Shown here: positions 12,401 to 22,815 of the stretch, piece after piece | Position numbering within the stretch: position 1 is the first letter of the stretch | Layout of the letters: every line of letters begins with the position of its first letter | Assembly: GCA_964247055.1 (NCBI GenBank) | Contig: OZ176053.1 | Coordinates: 7,812,001 to 7,876,000, forward strand | Length of the DNA stretch: 64,000 bases | Reading direction: 5' to 3' | Origin: Paragordius varius | Taxonomy: Eukaryota > Animalia > Nematomorpha | Translations under genes and position numbers: made by a program | Notes under the pieces: model-generated | What the model was told of the DNA's origin: nothing | Databases searched by the model: none | Seen by the model: the letters and a program-made list of their open reading frames with translations, nothing else

Positions 12401-13865
12401 TGTTTTGGAGCAAATTAAAGCGTCAAAATGCATTTCGAAATAACGCCCCCAATTCAAAACCCTTAGTAGCTTTAAATAATTCTCATAATTATTCTAATAC
12501 TGTTAATAATGTTGGACCTTCATCACATCAAACTCAAGCATTAACCGGATACATAATGCAATACACAGAATTTATGATTAGTGATTACACCGATCTCACA
12601 GATAATTTGACGACACAAACCATCTTATTTGATTCTGGCCCATCCTTTATGCCAGGGACCATTTTGGAGTTTACGTTTGCTGCTGATTTGATTGATAAAT
12701 GGTTAAATCGGTACACTACTTCCACAACCTTTCCGAATTCTCTGCCAGATTTGGTTAACCATGATTGGAATGCTAATACCGCTAACCTTAAAAATAGTCT
12801 CTTGCTATATTACACATTTCACCATATTTACCACAAAGCAATGGTTGAAAATGGTACACCATTATATACATTAAATGATGCACGGAAACTATTGGCGTCC
12901 GATAACAATGGTTTGATGTTTAAATGATAAATAATTCTTTTTGATGCTTTAAAATTATCAATATGTTTATCAAATTATCTTTATATTTTTTCTGCTTATG
13001 TAATCTTTGTCAAAAAACATATTATTATTGATGGATTAATAATGCATTAAAAGACCAATATATGAAATAAAGATAACAATGTTATAAGAATCGAACATGA
13101 TTGGATACTATTGGGCATGGAAAAAATATTAGCCATTATGAGCCGTTACATTCAAAAAGGTGAGTTAGAAACAGAAAACATAGGCGTTGAAAACTCAAAT
13201 TCTGCGATTGATGTTTTGCAATATAACATTACACATCAATTTTGGAAATTGATAACCTTACTAACTGCTGACACAATGACGGATGATAGCAAATCCATGT
13301 AAGATTTTTAAGTAAAATATATATTTAATAAAAGTCTGTTCAAAAATAAGAGACTATCATTTCTTTGGCTAAAGTGAATAAATATGATTAGGATTGCTAA
13401 ATAGGCAGTTATAAAAAAGTTGAGGGTTCTTTAACTTTTATTATATAGGCTATTTATGGTAGATTATGCTTTTGAGCTGTAACTCTTTATGAAAAGAAAT
13501 TTACTTTACATAGTTTACGCCGTATTTTTTGTAATCGGTATATACCTCTTAAGTTTTTAAAATTCAATAGTTTATGGGATCATATTTTTACAAAATATAG
13601 ATTTCCCTATGTTTTGCAACGTATGTGTAACCCATCAATATTATCTGGTGATTCAATCGATGATTGTTCTTTCATAGTGACGCAAATTGAAAGTTTTTTT
13701 CACTCAATACGAAACAATGAATTGAAACGCAGATTTATTGACATTATAAATGGCTTCATCAGAACAAACCATAAAATCAATAACGAATCTATTAACTTAA
13801 TATTTAAGATACTTCAATGTGTAAACGAACATATTCAGTTAAAAACTGACCCTTTAAGGGAATAA
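437..13865 (+). CDS. HTT: Huntingtin orthologue, divergent, C-terminal portion (5' end lies left of window); ~22 exons
   Basis: Phase-compatible GT-AG exons at approx. 437-554, 1304-1444, 1761-1869, 2230-2292, 2684-2826, 2900-3098, 3161-(end unresolved), 3633-3820, 6665-6912, 7264-7373, 7689-7821, 8985-9132, 9474-9662, 9769-9833, 9944-10234, 10544-10728, 10921-11033, 11219-~11344 (junction unresolved), 11827-12017, 12288-12853, 13073-13298, 13601-13865. Collinear matches to recalled human HTT C-terminal blocks: GWSDVSNFQEICVIL~GWTSRTQFEETWATL; TITHLILYTTLKPNPGDP~AITSLVLSAMTVPVAGNP; GQISLKHAWL~GQVSIHSVWL; HSSGCDMISILKLITDLY~HRAGVDIHSCSQFLLELY; SDLFSNPAQFE...DEYLMSYIAFGLCKSLASLGM~SDLFTERNQFE...[30 protein letters not shown]~ILPHVISRM. 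Confidence 0.85.
2358..2605. mobile_element. hAT/Charlie-like MITE in htt intron
   Basis: TIRs CAGGGGTGCCCAA ... TTGGGCATCCCTA with a subterminal GCGGCCCGCG; 8-bp flanks only partly similar. Related internal fragments at ~8780-8900 and ~18560-18700. Confidence 0.55.
3986..4074 (-). ncRNA. Minimal type I hammerhead ribozyme (Penelope-like), intact core, antisense to htt
   Basis: Minus strand: GUGUGA CUGAUGA GUCC-ACAACAA-GGAC GAAAC GC GUC^UCACAC. Helix I GUGUGA/UCACAC, helix II GUCC/GGAC, palindromic ACGCGU helix III, predicted cleavage between 4012 and 4011, all enclosed by a perfect 13-bp stem GACAGUGUUUACC/GGUAAACACUGUC. Confidence 0.88.
4430..4523 (+). ncRNA. Second hammerhead copy, sense to htt, with core mutation GAAA->GGAA (A13G at 4484)
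   Basis: gtgtga ctgatga gtcc acaacaa ggac GGAAC gc gtc tcacac; inverted copy of 3986-4074 with small indels in the outer stem. Confidence 0.8.
4828..6414 (-). mobile_element. Non-autonomous Helitron with internal ~300-bp degenerate tandem repeats
   Basis: Minus strand begins A|TCTATATATTTATAAAAATGG (6414) and ends with GC-rich hairpins + 8 nt + CTGG|T (4828): TC...CTRR inserted in an AT site without TSD. Internal unit recurs at ~4980, 5290, 5590 and 5880. Confidence 0.7.
7888..8442 (-). mobile_element. piggyBac-like MITE copy (htt intron), degenerate ends
   Basis: Reverse-complement similarity to 15570-16140, including gggtatttaactaccccaatttgaatcg. Confidence 0.7.
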
Positions 13866-13979
13866 TAATAAATTTATTTATTATGTAATATAACGGGATA
13901 AATAATTTATTATCAATAGGTTATAATTAATTATTTATATAATTAAATAAATGTCCTAATATGTATATATATAATATAA

Positions 13980-15481
13980 TTATTGAAATAAATATTCGTC
14001 AATCCATGAAATATCAATGGGAGTATCACTGTCCACCAATTCAACATTATTTATATATTCATTAATAATGTGTGCATTATCCTCATAAAGTTTAGAGATG
14101 GTACAATTTTCTTGAACCAAAATTTCAGATGACATTGGTAAAATGGGTTGAAGAGATGTTTGAATATTTGGTTTTTCTAAAGCTAAGCTTGTCAAGTTTT
14201 TGTTTTCAACCGTTTTTGTTGGATTCAATGAATTATGCTGCTTATGGTTGTAATTATGTTCTTCGTGAACCAGTGTGATGAGCGAATGGCCATTCGTTGT
14301 ATTACATGGTTCTTTTGTAATAATGTCTCGCTAAATTATAAAAACGATAATATATCACATTATGTAATAAAAGCGATATAGTTGTTACTCCAATATTTAT
14401 AATATAAAAAATGATAATTTACGGATATTAACAATTAAAATGAAAGCAAACATAAAATAATCTCTAATATCAAGAAAAATATGTTATATTTATTTTGTAT
14501 TTTGGTTGAGAAAAAATAAACCCGTTTTTATCTAAATGTTTGATCTATAATCATTTTTTAGAGAAAAGCAAAGCTAATCATAAAATAAACCTTTTTCAAA
14601 TATTTGCCCCATTTTTTAATAATAAATATAGATATATATTCCGGCTGTAAATATTTTTAGATGTATTTATTGAGTAACAAAAAAATATATTATATACCAC
14701 TGTTTTATATTCATCTTCGGATTCATATCCAGAAGATCTATTGCATTCTTCGGAAAAAGAATTGTCTGACAATGAGTGGCTGGGTGAGCATATCCATTCT
14801 TGTTTAATTGATGTTGATAATGATGATTTGGAATAGTTGTCTGGTGAATGTTTAGCTCGTTTTGCGCGAATACGTTGGTTTGTATCAACGCAATTATCAT
14901 GAATATCATAAGTACTGGCATTTGGGATAGCAAAGGAATTCCCCATCGATTGTGCCGCAAAGAAATCGTAGTTCCACCAATTTTCTCGTTCCGTAAATGT
15001 TCGTTTGCATGATTTAATGATTGGGATGCCCTCGGCTGGGGTCGGAAAAACTCGGCAGGTTTTTCAAAACTATCCCTATCATTTTGATCAGCATTTTTCA
15101 AGCAATTCCCTTGAAGATCACAATTGTCTTCATGACTAGTTTGAACTTCGATTTCTAGTGCGGGTAATTGATTGTTATCCATTTCATTTGTTTTGATGTT
15201 CGAGCTTTTTCGTTGGTTCAAAGTACTCAATATTTTAAAAAGTTTCATATTTTGTTCCATAAGTACAAGTTTCTACAAGATTTAAAATATATAAACTTCT
15301 TGTTCCATCGACATAACTTTCATTTCTAATTCTTTAATATAGGCCTTTTTACGGTCTCTAGCAATCTGGGCTGATATACGGTTATTCATTTTTCTTATAA
15401 TTAAAAAATGTAAAACCTTCTCAACAGCTTCTCTTCAAAACTCAAGTCCTCTTGCATCATAATATTTGGATCAATTACCAT
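13980..15481 (-). CDS. XBP1: X-box binding protein 1 (bZIP UPR transcription factor), with unspliced and IRE1-spliced frames
   Basis: Exons 15481-15417, 15393-15297, 15272-14698 (contains IRE1 intron 15055-15036) and 14330-13980. The bZIP LSFEEKLLRRKMNNRISAQIARDRKKAYIKELE matches XBP1 LSPEEKALRRKLKNRVAAQTARDRKKARMSELE. The unspliced frame has a hydrophobic HR2-like segment (PLLSQMPVLMIFMIIALI). The spliced frame has IKQEW..SPS..SD..SGYES and HEEHNYNHK motifs. Confidence 0.92.
15023..15076 (-). other. IRE1 dual stem-loop; 20-nt unconventional intron at 15055-15036
   Basis: mRNA sense: GAAAAAC-[CUG^CCGA]-GUUUUUC (7-bp stem, 7-nt loop) and CCC-[CAG^CCGA]-GGG, with a possible outer GGGAU/AUCCC stem. 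Removing the 20 nt gives an open frame ...EKPAEGIPIIKSCKRTFTERENWWNYDFFAAQSMGNSFAIP that joins ORF 14946-14596. Confidence 0.88.
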
Positions 15482-15507
15482 TGCAAAAATAATTTATGGC
15501 ATTGAAT

Positions 15508-15518
15508 GCTACGTGTCA
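15508..15518 (-). promoter_or_regulatory. Candidate UPRE-like bZIP site (TGACACGTAG) just upstream of xbp1
   Basis: 8/10 match to the XBP1/CREB3-type TG(A/C)CACGTCA consensus, ~27 nt above the ATG; could instead be a splice acceptor. Confidence 0.3.
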
Positions 15519-15569
15519 AAAATTTATGAGCCGAACCGTACAGTGTGTTATATTACTAATATATTTTAA

Positions 15570-16140
15570 CACTTGGATGCAACAGATTCATTTTAGTCCT
15601 TCGATTCAAATCGGGGTAGTTAAATACCCCAGGCCTGTTTAAAATTAAATTCTTAAAAAAATATGGAAGGAATCGAAACCATGGCAAAATTGTGCACTTA
15701 TATAACATTAATAAACCGAAATATATAAAAAAAATTATTTAAAAATACTTAATATAACTAATTTTTAGCTAAAACCGATAGGTAGAAACGTCAACCTATG
15801 TCTGGAATGGTAAAATTGAAAAATACTACGGAATAAACCGCTTTTTCTATTTTTATCAATGTTAGATGTAATTTATATAAAAAAAATAACTTTATTACCC
15901 TTAAAATTAAATGAAGACGATATTTTGCAAATTTGTAAAATAAAAATGGCGTCGAAGTAGTTTGTCATGAAACTTTTTTTTCAAAATAAAATTTTATTTA
16001 GATATTTTGGCATATTTATATAATTTTTATTAAGATAGAAGCATAAATTTAAATTGGGATCGTTTCCTTCAGTAGTTTTTAAACAATCCTAACTCAAATT
16101 TAGTCTGGGGTATTTAGATACCCCAAATTGAATCGGAGTG
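15570..16140 (+). mobile_element. piggyBac-like MITE, best-preserved copy, 89 bp upstream of xbp1 ATG
   Basis: TTAA|CACT ... AGTG|TTAA with asymmetric subterminal inverted repeats (cgattcaa..ggggta...taccccag). Confidence 0.8.
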
Positions 16141-17160
16141 TTAATCTATTTTTATAACCTGATACATTTTCTAGGTTTTAGCTTTTAGCCATGAATAAAT
16201 ACACAAAAAAAGTAGTATTTTTATAGTGTTTTAGTTTAGGGCTTTTGACCTATTTAAAAACGACTTTTATACTTTTGTGCTAATTTATATCAAATCGTCC
16301 GATTGGCCCACATTATGGTATGAAATTTTTAAGTGGAGGAAAGGATGCCATATCATCTACATTTAAAGATCACATTTGTGTATTCTATCATAAATGTCGT
16401 CCCGAAAATCTCAATTTAGGGTCATTAATACGATATAACATAAAAATTCCGAGCGTATAATATTATCTGTGCTAAAATTGTTTTTTATGATTTATTAAAA
16501 CTTCATGACGTTTCCCCTTTTTTCCGCGATAATATATTGGGTAATTTTACCAGAGCTTAATCTTGTAAATAAACTTAGGTTAAATAATTACCATGCACTG
16601 TGTGTAATAGATATAAAAGCTTATGCAATTTTGAGACTTCTATAAATTTTGAGACACTTTTACACTTTTTATTAAATAATTTTATATTGCGCCTAAAAGA
16701 CTAAACAAAGTAAATTTTTAAAAGTTTATTGCCCTAAATAATTAAGATATTCGATTTTCAATTCGCTCTGGGATTAAATCTATCCCAAAGAGTCAGAGAG
16801 CGTTAAATCATTTGATGTACTTATTTGGAGTATAAAATTGAAAATTCATCAAACAAGAATGAATTTTATCGGTATTCCCTTGGAACCGAAAAAAATTTAG
16901 CCATTTAAAATTTCTGGTTTGTTTCAATGTTTAAGATTATGATCAAAATAAGTTGTATTTCATAAATGCATATTTTGCCTCAAAATAATTAATTTTGTTG
17001 GATCATATATAAATTTATGTATAACTGTAAACGGCATAACTACCTTTACTAAAATTGGAAGAAAAATATTATGATGAATTATCTATTATCTGATAGATAA
17101 TGTGTTAAGATCATAATGCTTTGATTTTAAGCCTTACGAGTGACTGATTTTTCGTTTTTG

Positions 17161-17710
17161 GTACACCACATTCATTTTAGTCCTTCGATTCAAATTGTGG
17201 TAGTTTAATACCCCAGGCCTGTTTAAAATTAGATTCTTTAAAATATATGGTAGGAATCGAAAATATGGCAAGATTTTGCACTTATATAACATTTATAAAC
17301 CGAAATATATAAAAAATTTATTCAAAAATATTTGATTTTACTTATTTTAGGCTAAAACCCAAAGGTAAAAATTAAGTCAATGTGGCATGTGTGCAATGTT
17401 AAAATTGAAAAATAATTCAAAATAATTTCTATCGATGTTAGATGTAATTTAAATTTAAAATCAGCTTTATTACCCTTAAAATTAAATGGAGACAATATTT
17501 TGCAAAAATTTTGTAAAATAAAAATGGCGTCGAAGTAGTTTGACATAAAACTTTTTTTTCAAAACAAAATTTCATTTAGATATTTTGGCATATTTATATA
17601 ATTTTAATTAGGATAGAATCATAAATTTAATAGGGACCGTTTCCTTTTCTTAAAAATCCCAACTCAAATTTAGTCTGGGGTATATAGATACCCTAATTTG
17701 AATCGAAGTG
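17161..17710 (+). mobile_element. piggyBac-like MITE copy, left end truncated
   Basis: Collinear with 15590-16140; ends AGTG|TTAA at 17710. Confidence 0.75.
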
Positions 17711-18261
17711 TTAAAGAGTTACTATACACGGCAAACTGATGATTGCAGAGTGTAAAAAATCGTAGGTTGTTATCTTAAAATATACTGATAGAAAAATGTA
17801 TTAGGATAATCACAGTGCTTGGTTTTGCCCGTACGAGTGATATAAAAAAATTATGCGTAATTTTACACATGGTCGGAACACACGGTTTTCTCGAATAGAA
17901 CGCATTCATAAATGGCAAATTAATAAAAATCGGTTTTATTGATTTAACTATGGTCCAAGTTTCCCGAACGTTTTATATTGTTCGAAATCGCAATTTATAT
18001 ATGTGATTCTACCCAATAGCTTATATAGAGCTCTTATATATAATCCACTCGTTCTAAAATAAATACGTAGGACAGATGTATCGTTTTCGGCAAAAATCTT
18101 TTATTTTATAATAATAGATCTAGTTTTTTGAACGTTATTTTGCGGAGGTAGTGTTCAAACATAGGAGAATTTAGCACGACTGTATTCGGCAAATAGAAAA
18201 ATTCTTTTATTAATTTAAACGAGCCTCTCCAAAAACTGACTTAAAGCTAATTTACAATTAT

Positions 18262-18300
<39 letters not shown>

Positions 18301-18714
18301 GGTTGATTTATATTGTAACAAAAATAACTGAGATCAAATCCGGCTTCAGATTCCCTGTGTTTTAGCCATATACAGGACGTGAGGAAAAGATTTACTGATC
18401 ATTCAAAAATCTGCAATTTATTTTATTTAGTGTAAAGATTCTCTTTCGGTGCTTTTTGTGATCAAAACCTTCTGCATGCTTAATCATACAACTGATTTTT
18501 ATAGAAAACTTTAAAATGAGGGTAAGATATAAATACTTATTCAGTGGTACTCAAAATGCGGTCTATCGCATTCTGCCCAAAGTGCCTTTTTATGGCCCTG
18601 AATTATTTAATATTTTTTGATATACTTATTTTAAGTATAAGGATCTACAAATGTAAACCGCTATGAAATTTTGATCGGTATTATATGGTGCGGCCCTTGA
18701 GTATATTTTAAATC

Positions 18715-19345
18715 TATGCTTTAGGTTTTAATATCTGGTGTGCCCACAAAAGTAAATGTATTTTGCCAATTCTTCTTGGCGATCGGCCGCATTAATATTT
18801 TTTATCCACTTCCAGGCATTGTTTTATAAGAGTGTCTTCATAATCCCTCCTTGTTTGTCGTTGAAATTCTTTTTGTTTATATTTTAACCACCTTGATTTA
18901 GCTTTTCTCCCACTTTTCTGCTATCTCTAAACTCTTTGACATCCATTTATTTTCTTTCCTCTTTACCCTTTGCATTTTTCCTTTTGCCACTTTTTTTAGC
19001 TACCCAAAACTGTTCAAAACTACATTCATTGTCTAATCTTTTGTTTCTGATCTAAAACTATTTAAAATGTTGCGGGTGTCATATCTGTATGTCTATTTAT
19101 TTTATTCATTTTAAGTTTAATTTTTGTTATTAAAAGCTATGATCGCTCGAGCAATCACTGCTTTGGTTGTTTTTGCATCGAGTATAGAGTTTTTCCATTT
19201 TTGTGGACATATTATACAATGTATTGGATTTTTGCCGCATGGAATGATCCATGCATATATCCTCCTATTGTGTTGTGGAAACAATGTGTTCGTTATCATC
19301 TCGTTTTTCTGGCAAAAATTGATTATCATAGGAGGTTATTGGAAC
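18715..19345 (-). mobile_element. Decayed RTE-clade LINE fragment (APE endonuclease end and linker)
   Basis: ORF 19329-19117 INFCQKNEMITNTLFPQHNRRIYAW..PCGK...IHCIICPQKWKNSILDAKT matches the RTE/BovB endonuclease (IEFCQEN..IANTLFQQHKRRLYTWTSPDG..NQIDYILCSQRWRSSIQSAKT). Confidence 0.75.
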
Positions 19346-19374
19346 AGCAAATAGAGGTAAAGTAAATCAACTAG

Positions 19375-22300
19375 TCGAGACATATGAATTGGGAGAACGA
19401 AACGAGGTTGGGGAGGCATTGATCAATTTTTAGGAAAATGAGATGATAATAACCAACACATGGTTTTCACAACACGATAAGAGGCTACACATGGACCGCT
19501 CCATGCGGCAAATACAAAAATTAAATCGATCATATAATATGCCTACAAAAATGGAAAAGCTCTATACTCGATACAAAAACAAGCAAAAGCAGTGATTGCT
19601 ATAGCGATCATAGGTTTTAATAACAAAAATTAAACTTAAAATGAATAAAAATAATGTTAAACATATAGATATGACACCCGCAACATTTCAAATAGTTTTA
19701 GATAAGAAACAAAAAATAGATTAGATAGATTAAACAATCAATGTAGTTCTGAAAAGTTATGGGGAACGATAAAAATGAAGTGGCAAAAGGAAAAATGCAA
19801 AGGGTAAAGAGGAAAGATAATAAATAGATGTCAGGAAAGGCAGAAAAGCGGAGATAAGCTAAATCAAGGGGGGATAATAATATGGTTAAAATGTATAACA
19901 AAGAAATCCAACAACAAACAGGGTAGGATTATGAAGACTTTCTTAATAAACAATGCCTGTAAGTGAAAATAAATAGTAAAAAAGGATTAATGCAGCCAAT
20001 GAACTGATACAAATGACTCACAAATCCTATATATCATCCCAAAGATTAAAAAAGAGAATAGCACCATATTGTGCAAACAAGTACGAGCGATGGAGGGAAT
20101 CCACCTAAAATCTCTATCAGGCCCCTCAAGCAAAAGGGTTACAATTAAACGAGGAAGAACGTGATCCAGATATACTAAAAGAGGAGATTGAAAGCCTTAA
20201 AACATATTCCTAACAACAAAGCGATGGGTTGACAATATTCCAATAAAGTTTATAAAAACTATTCCTGTAGAAACCTCACAGAAGTTATGCCAAAAGGTGT
20301 GGGAAACATGTGAGTGGCCAAAAGACTGGATTCATCCGTATATCTCCCAATATCCAAATAAGGTGATGCATTCTAGTGTCAAAACTACTGAAACATAGGG
20401 TGGAGTGAATAAAAAAAAGGAAATCCTTTAAGTGTTTCCTATGCTCACTTTTTCAAAGAAAGGGTTTCCTTATAATTCTTATAAAAAACACATCTGATTA
20501 ACTCTCGAGTTTCCTGAAACCATGCCTAAAACCGATATAAATGTACCTAAAGAAAAATTGATACTTCTTCTTGCAAAGTAACTTAATATTTAATACTTTA
20601 GATATCCCATAGTTTTAAACAAATCTATGTATGGTACCGTATATTCAAAAAAAAGCTTATAAAAATCTACAAAATGATTGGTTGACAAAAGAATTATTAT
20701 GAGATAGATCAGATATAGCGATAGATATAAAAACTTTAATCAAAAAATATGATTTAAATAATTAAGGAAACGTTGTCATGAAGATCGTACGAAATCGAAG
20801 GAAATTTTCCTAACTTAAGATCGCACAGAATCGGAAGAATTTTTAAATTATTATGACAATCTATTTCACATTTTATGATATTAAATAATAAATAGATTAA
20901 AGTTTATTTACACATTTTTATATAATAAAATAATAGTTTTTTGACAAATTTTCATTTGACAAGAATCACATAAGAAACTGATTGACTTTTTTGAGGCTTG
21001 CATACAATAAGAAATGAGATTTGTTCTTTAATCGAAATCAAGGAAAAGTATTTTGTCATAAAGTTTATTGGGTGATTATGAAATCGTAGAATTTGTTTCA
21101 TAGATAATTGATTCTCATGCATATTTTATATGTTTTTTTGTTTCTTATCTAAGATCGTTGAGCAAACATTTAATTTCTACACTGTATTCCAAATATAATA
21201 GAAAAATCTAAAATATATAAAAATAACTTTAAACATTGAAATTTAAACTTATCGAATCTAATATCAAAACCGTATTAGCTTTAATTGCCTTGTTTGATCC
21301 TCTACTATCGATTGTTATAAAATTTATAAATATTTAAGGATGGTATTTAGCATCCTAAAAAATGTGTAGGGTTTCCTTTAAATTTTTTTATTCACTTGAA
21401 AACAAGTGTTTCCTTAAAAATCTAATGTTAATTTTTTTAGGGTCGCTTTTTATTCACTCCAAATTAAGGAATCTCTTAAAAAAGCTAAGGAAAGAGTGTT
21501 TCCTTTTTTTATTCACTCCACCCATAGCTCTTATTAGACACGCTAGTAAGGTCATGCTAAAAATAATACAAAACACGATGCACAGTATTATACAGCTAGA
21601 AATAGTAGAAAATCTGGCCGGATTTATGGGGAAAAGCACAAGAGATCAAACATAGAAGGATAATGGAAACAACTAATACATGTGTTTTATCGTTTACAAA
21701 CAAGCTTTTGATTCGATAAATTATGCTTGTGGGAATCGAAACTAGAGGTATCGTCCAACAAATAAGATAAATTAGTTCTATCTATGAAAAACAAAGAGCA
21801 ATTTTTGGAACATCAGCGGGGGACACAGAAGATATACCTATCTTGAAAGGAGTCCAAGGGTGTTGCTTATCCTCTTATCTAACACAGAAATGATAATGAG
21901 AAAATTAGATGGTAAAAATATTGGAGTAATAGGAGAGAGAACAATCAATGTCTAAGGTGTGCAGACGATACCACCATTATAGCCGAAAGTGTAAACGATT
22001 CGATGAAATTGATTGAAAAGATTCGAAAAAAAAGTTTGAGTTATGGTCTTTTGCTTAACCCTAACAAAACAATATTATGTACTGGAGAAAAGCCTACAAT
22101 TATTATAGATGAAGTATAGAAGTAGTTAATCATGAATTAACGTTTTTGGGTGCTATAATTACCGAGGATGGCTCTTCAACTCCTGACAGCAGAAAGAGAA
22201 TAGGATTGGGTAGAGAAGCGATGTCCAAATTAATAAAGATTTGGAAAAACAAAATCGTAAAAGTTGAAACCAAAAAAAGATTACTTTAATGTTTTGTTCC

Positions 22301-22660
22301 CCCGGTTAACACGTATGGTTTTTATGGCTTTCGAAAGGAGTTGCTGGCGTAGAATGCTTGGATACCCCCATAAAGATAAAATTAAGAATGGAATAACTGC
22401 AGAAATAAATCTTAAGACAAACATCTTGATGATAATTCTAAAAAGAACGTTAACGTATTTTGTTTATATCATGCGATCGAATTCTCTAGAGAAAGACAAA
22501 ATTCGGAAGGTAGAAGTATAAAGGAAACCAGCCGATGAGGTGGTTAGACATGATAAAAGATGAGACTAAAATGACATTGAAGGATTTGAATGTAGCGATA
22601 AAAATAGAAAGAAATGGAAATCAATAGTGAAAACTATATCTAAAAAGTCGTTTATGATCT
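19375..22660 (+). mobile_element. Decayed RTE-clade LINE (endonuclease + reverse transcriptase remnants), interrupted by insertion 20398-21523
   Basis: Broken frames give ELGERNEVGEALINF, EPDILKEEIE, LCQKVWETCEWPKDW, IALIRHASKVMLKIIQ, FIVYKQAFDS, gcagacgatacc (ADDT) and the 3' MRWLDMIK..W motif; many stops and frameshifts. Confidence 0.8.
20398..21523. mobile_element. Non-autonomous TIR DNA transposon nested in the RTE RT region
   Basis: TIR GGGTGGAGTGAATAAAAAA at both ends; 3-bp ATA duplicated at 20395-20397 and 21524-21526; removal restores the RT sequence ...aac ATA gctcttattagac (IALIRHAS). Confidence 0.8.
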
Positions 22661-22815
22661 AGAATAACCAACCAACCGCTTACATAGAACTATAGCAATA
22701 TAATATAATAAATTTTATTTACTATTGTAATTTGGTTATGATTATATTATACTCATATATCATATTAATATAATACTATATTAGGTCAAAATTAGTGCAT
22801 TTAAAAAATGTTTGT

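Noticed and set aside
12854-12927. Stop at 12927 as the end of the left-hand gene
   Set aside because: A phase-1 donor at 12853 joins 13073, and the downstream exons carry the HTT C-terminal motifs to 13865.
15273-15416. Stop-codon reassignment or readthrough as an alternative to mini-introns
   Set aside because: Three of the four mini-introns are 22-23 nt and shift frame, so readthrough cannot rescue them. TAA and TGA terminate genes normally here.
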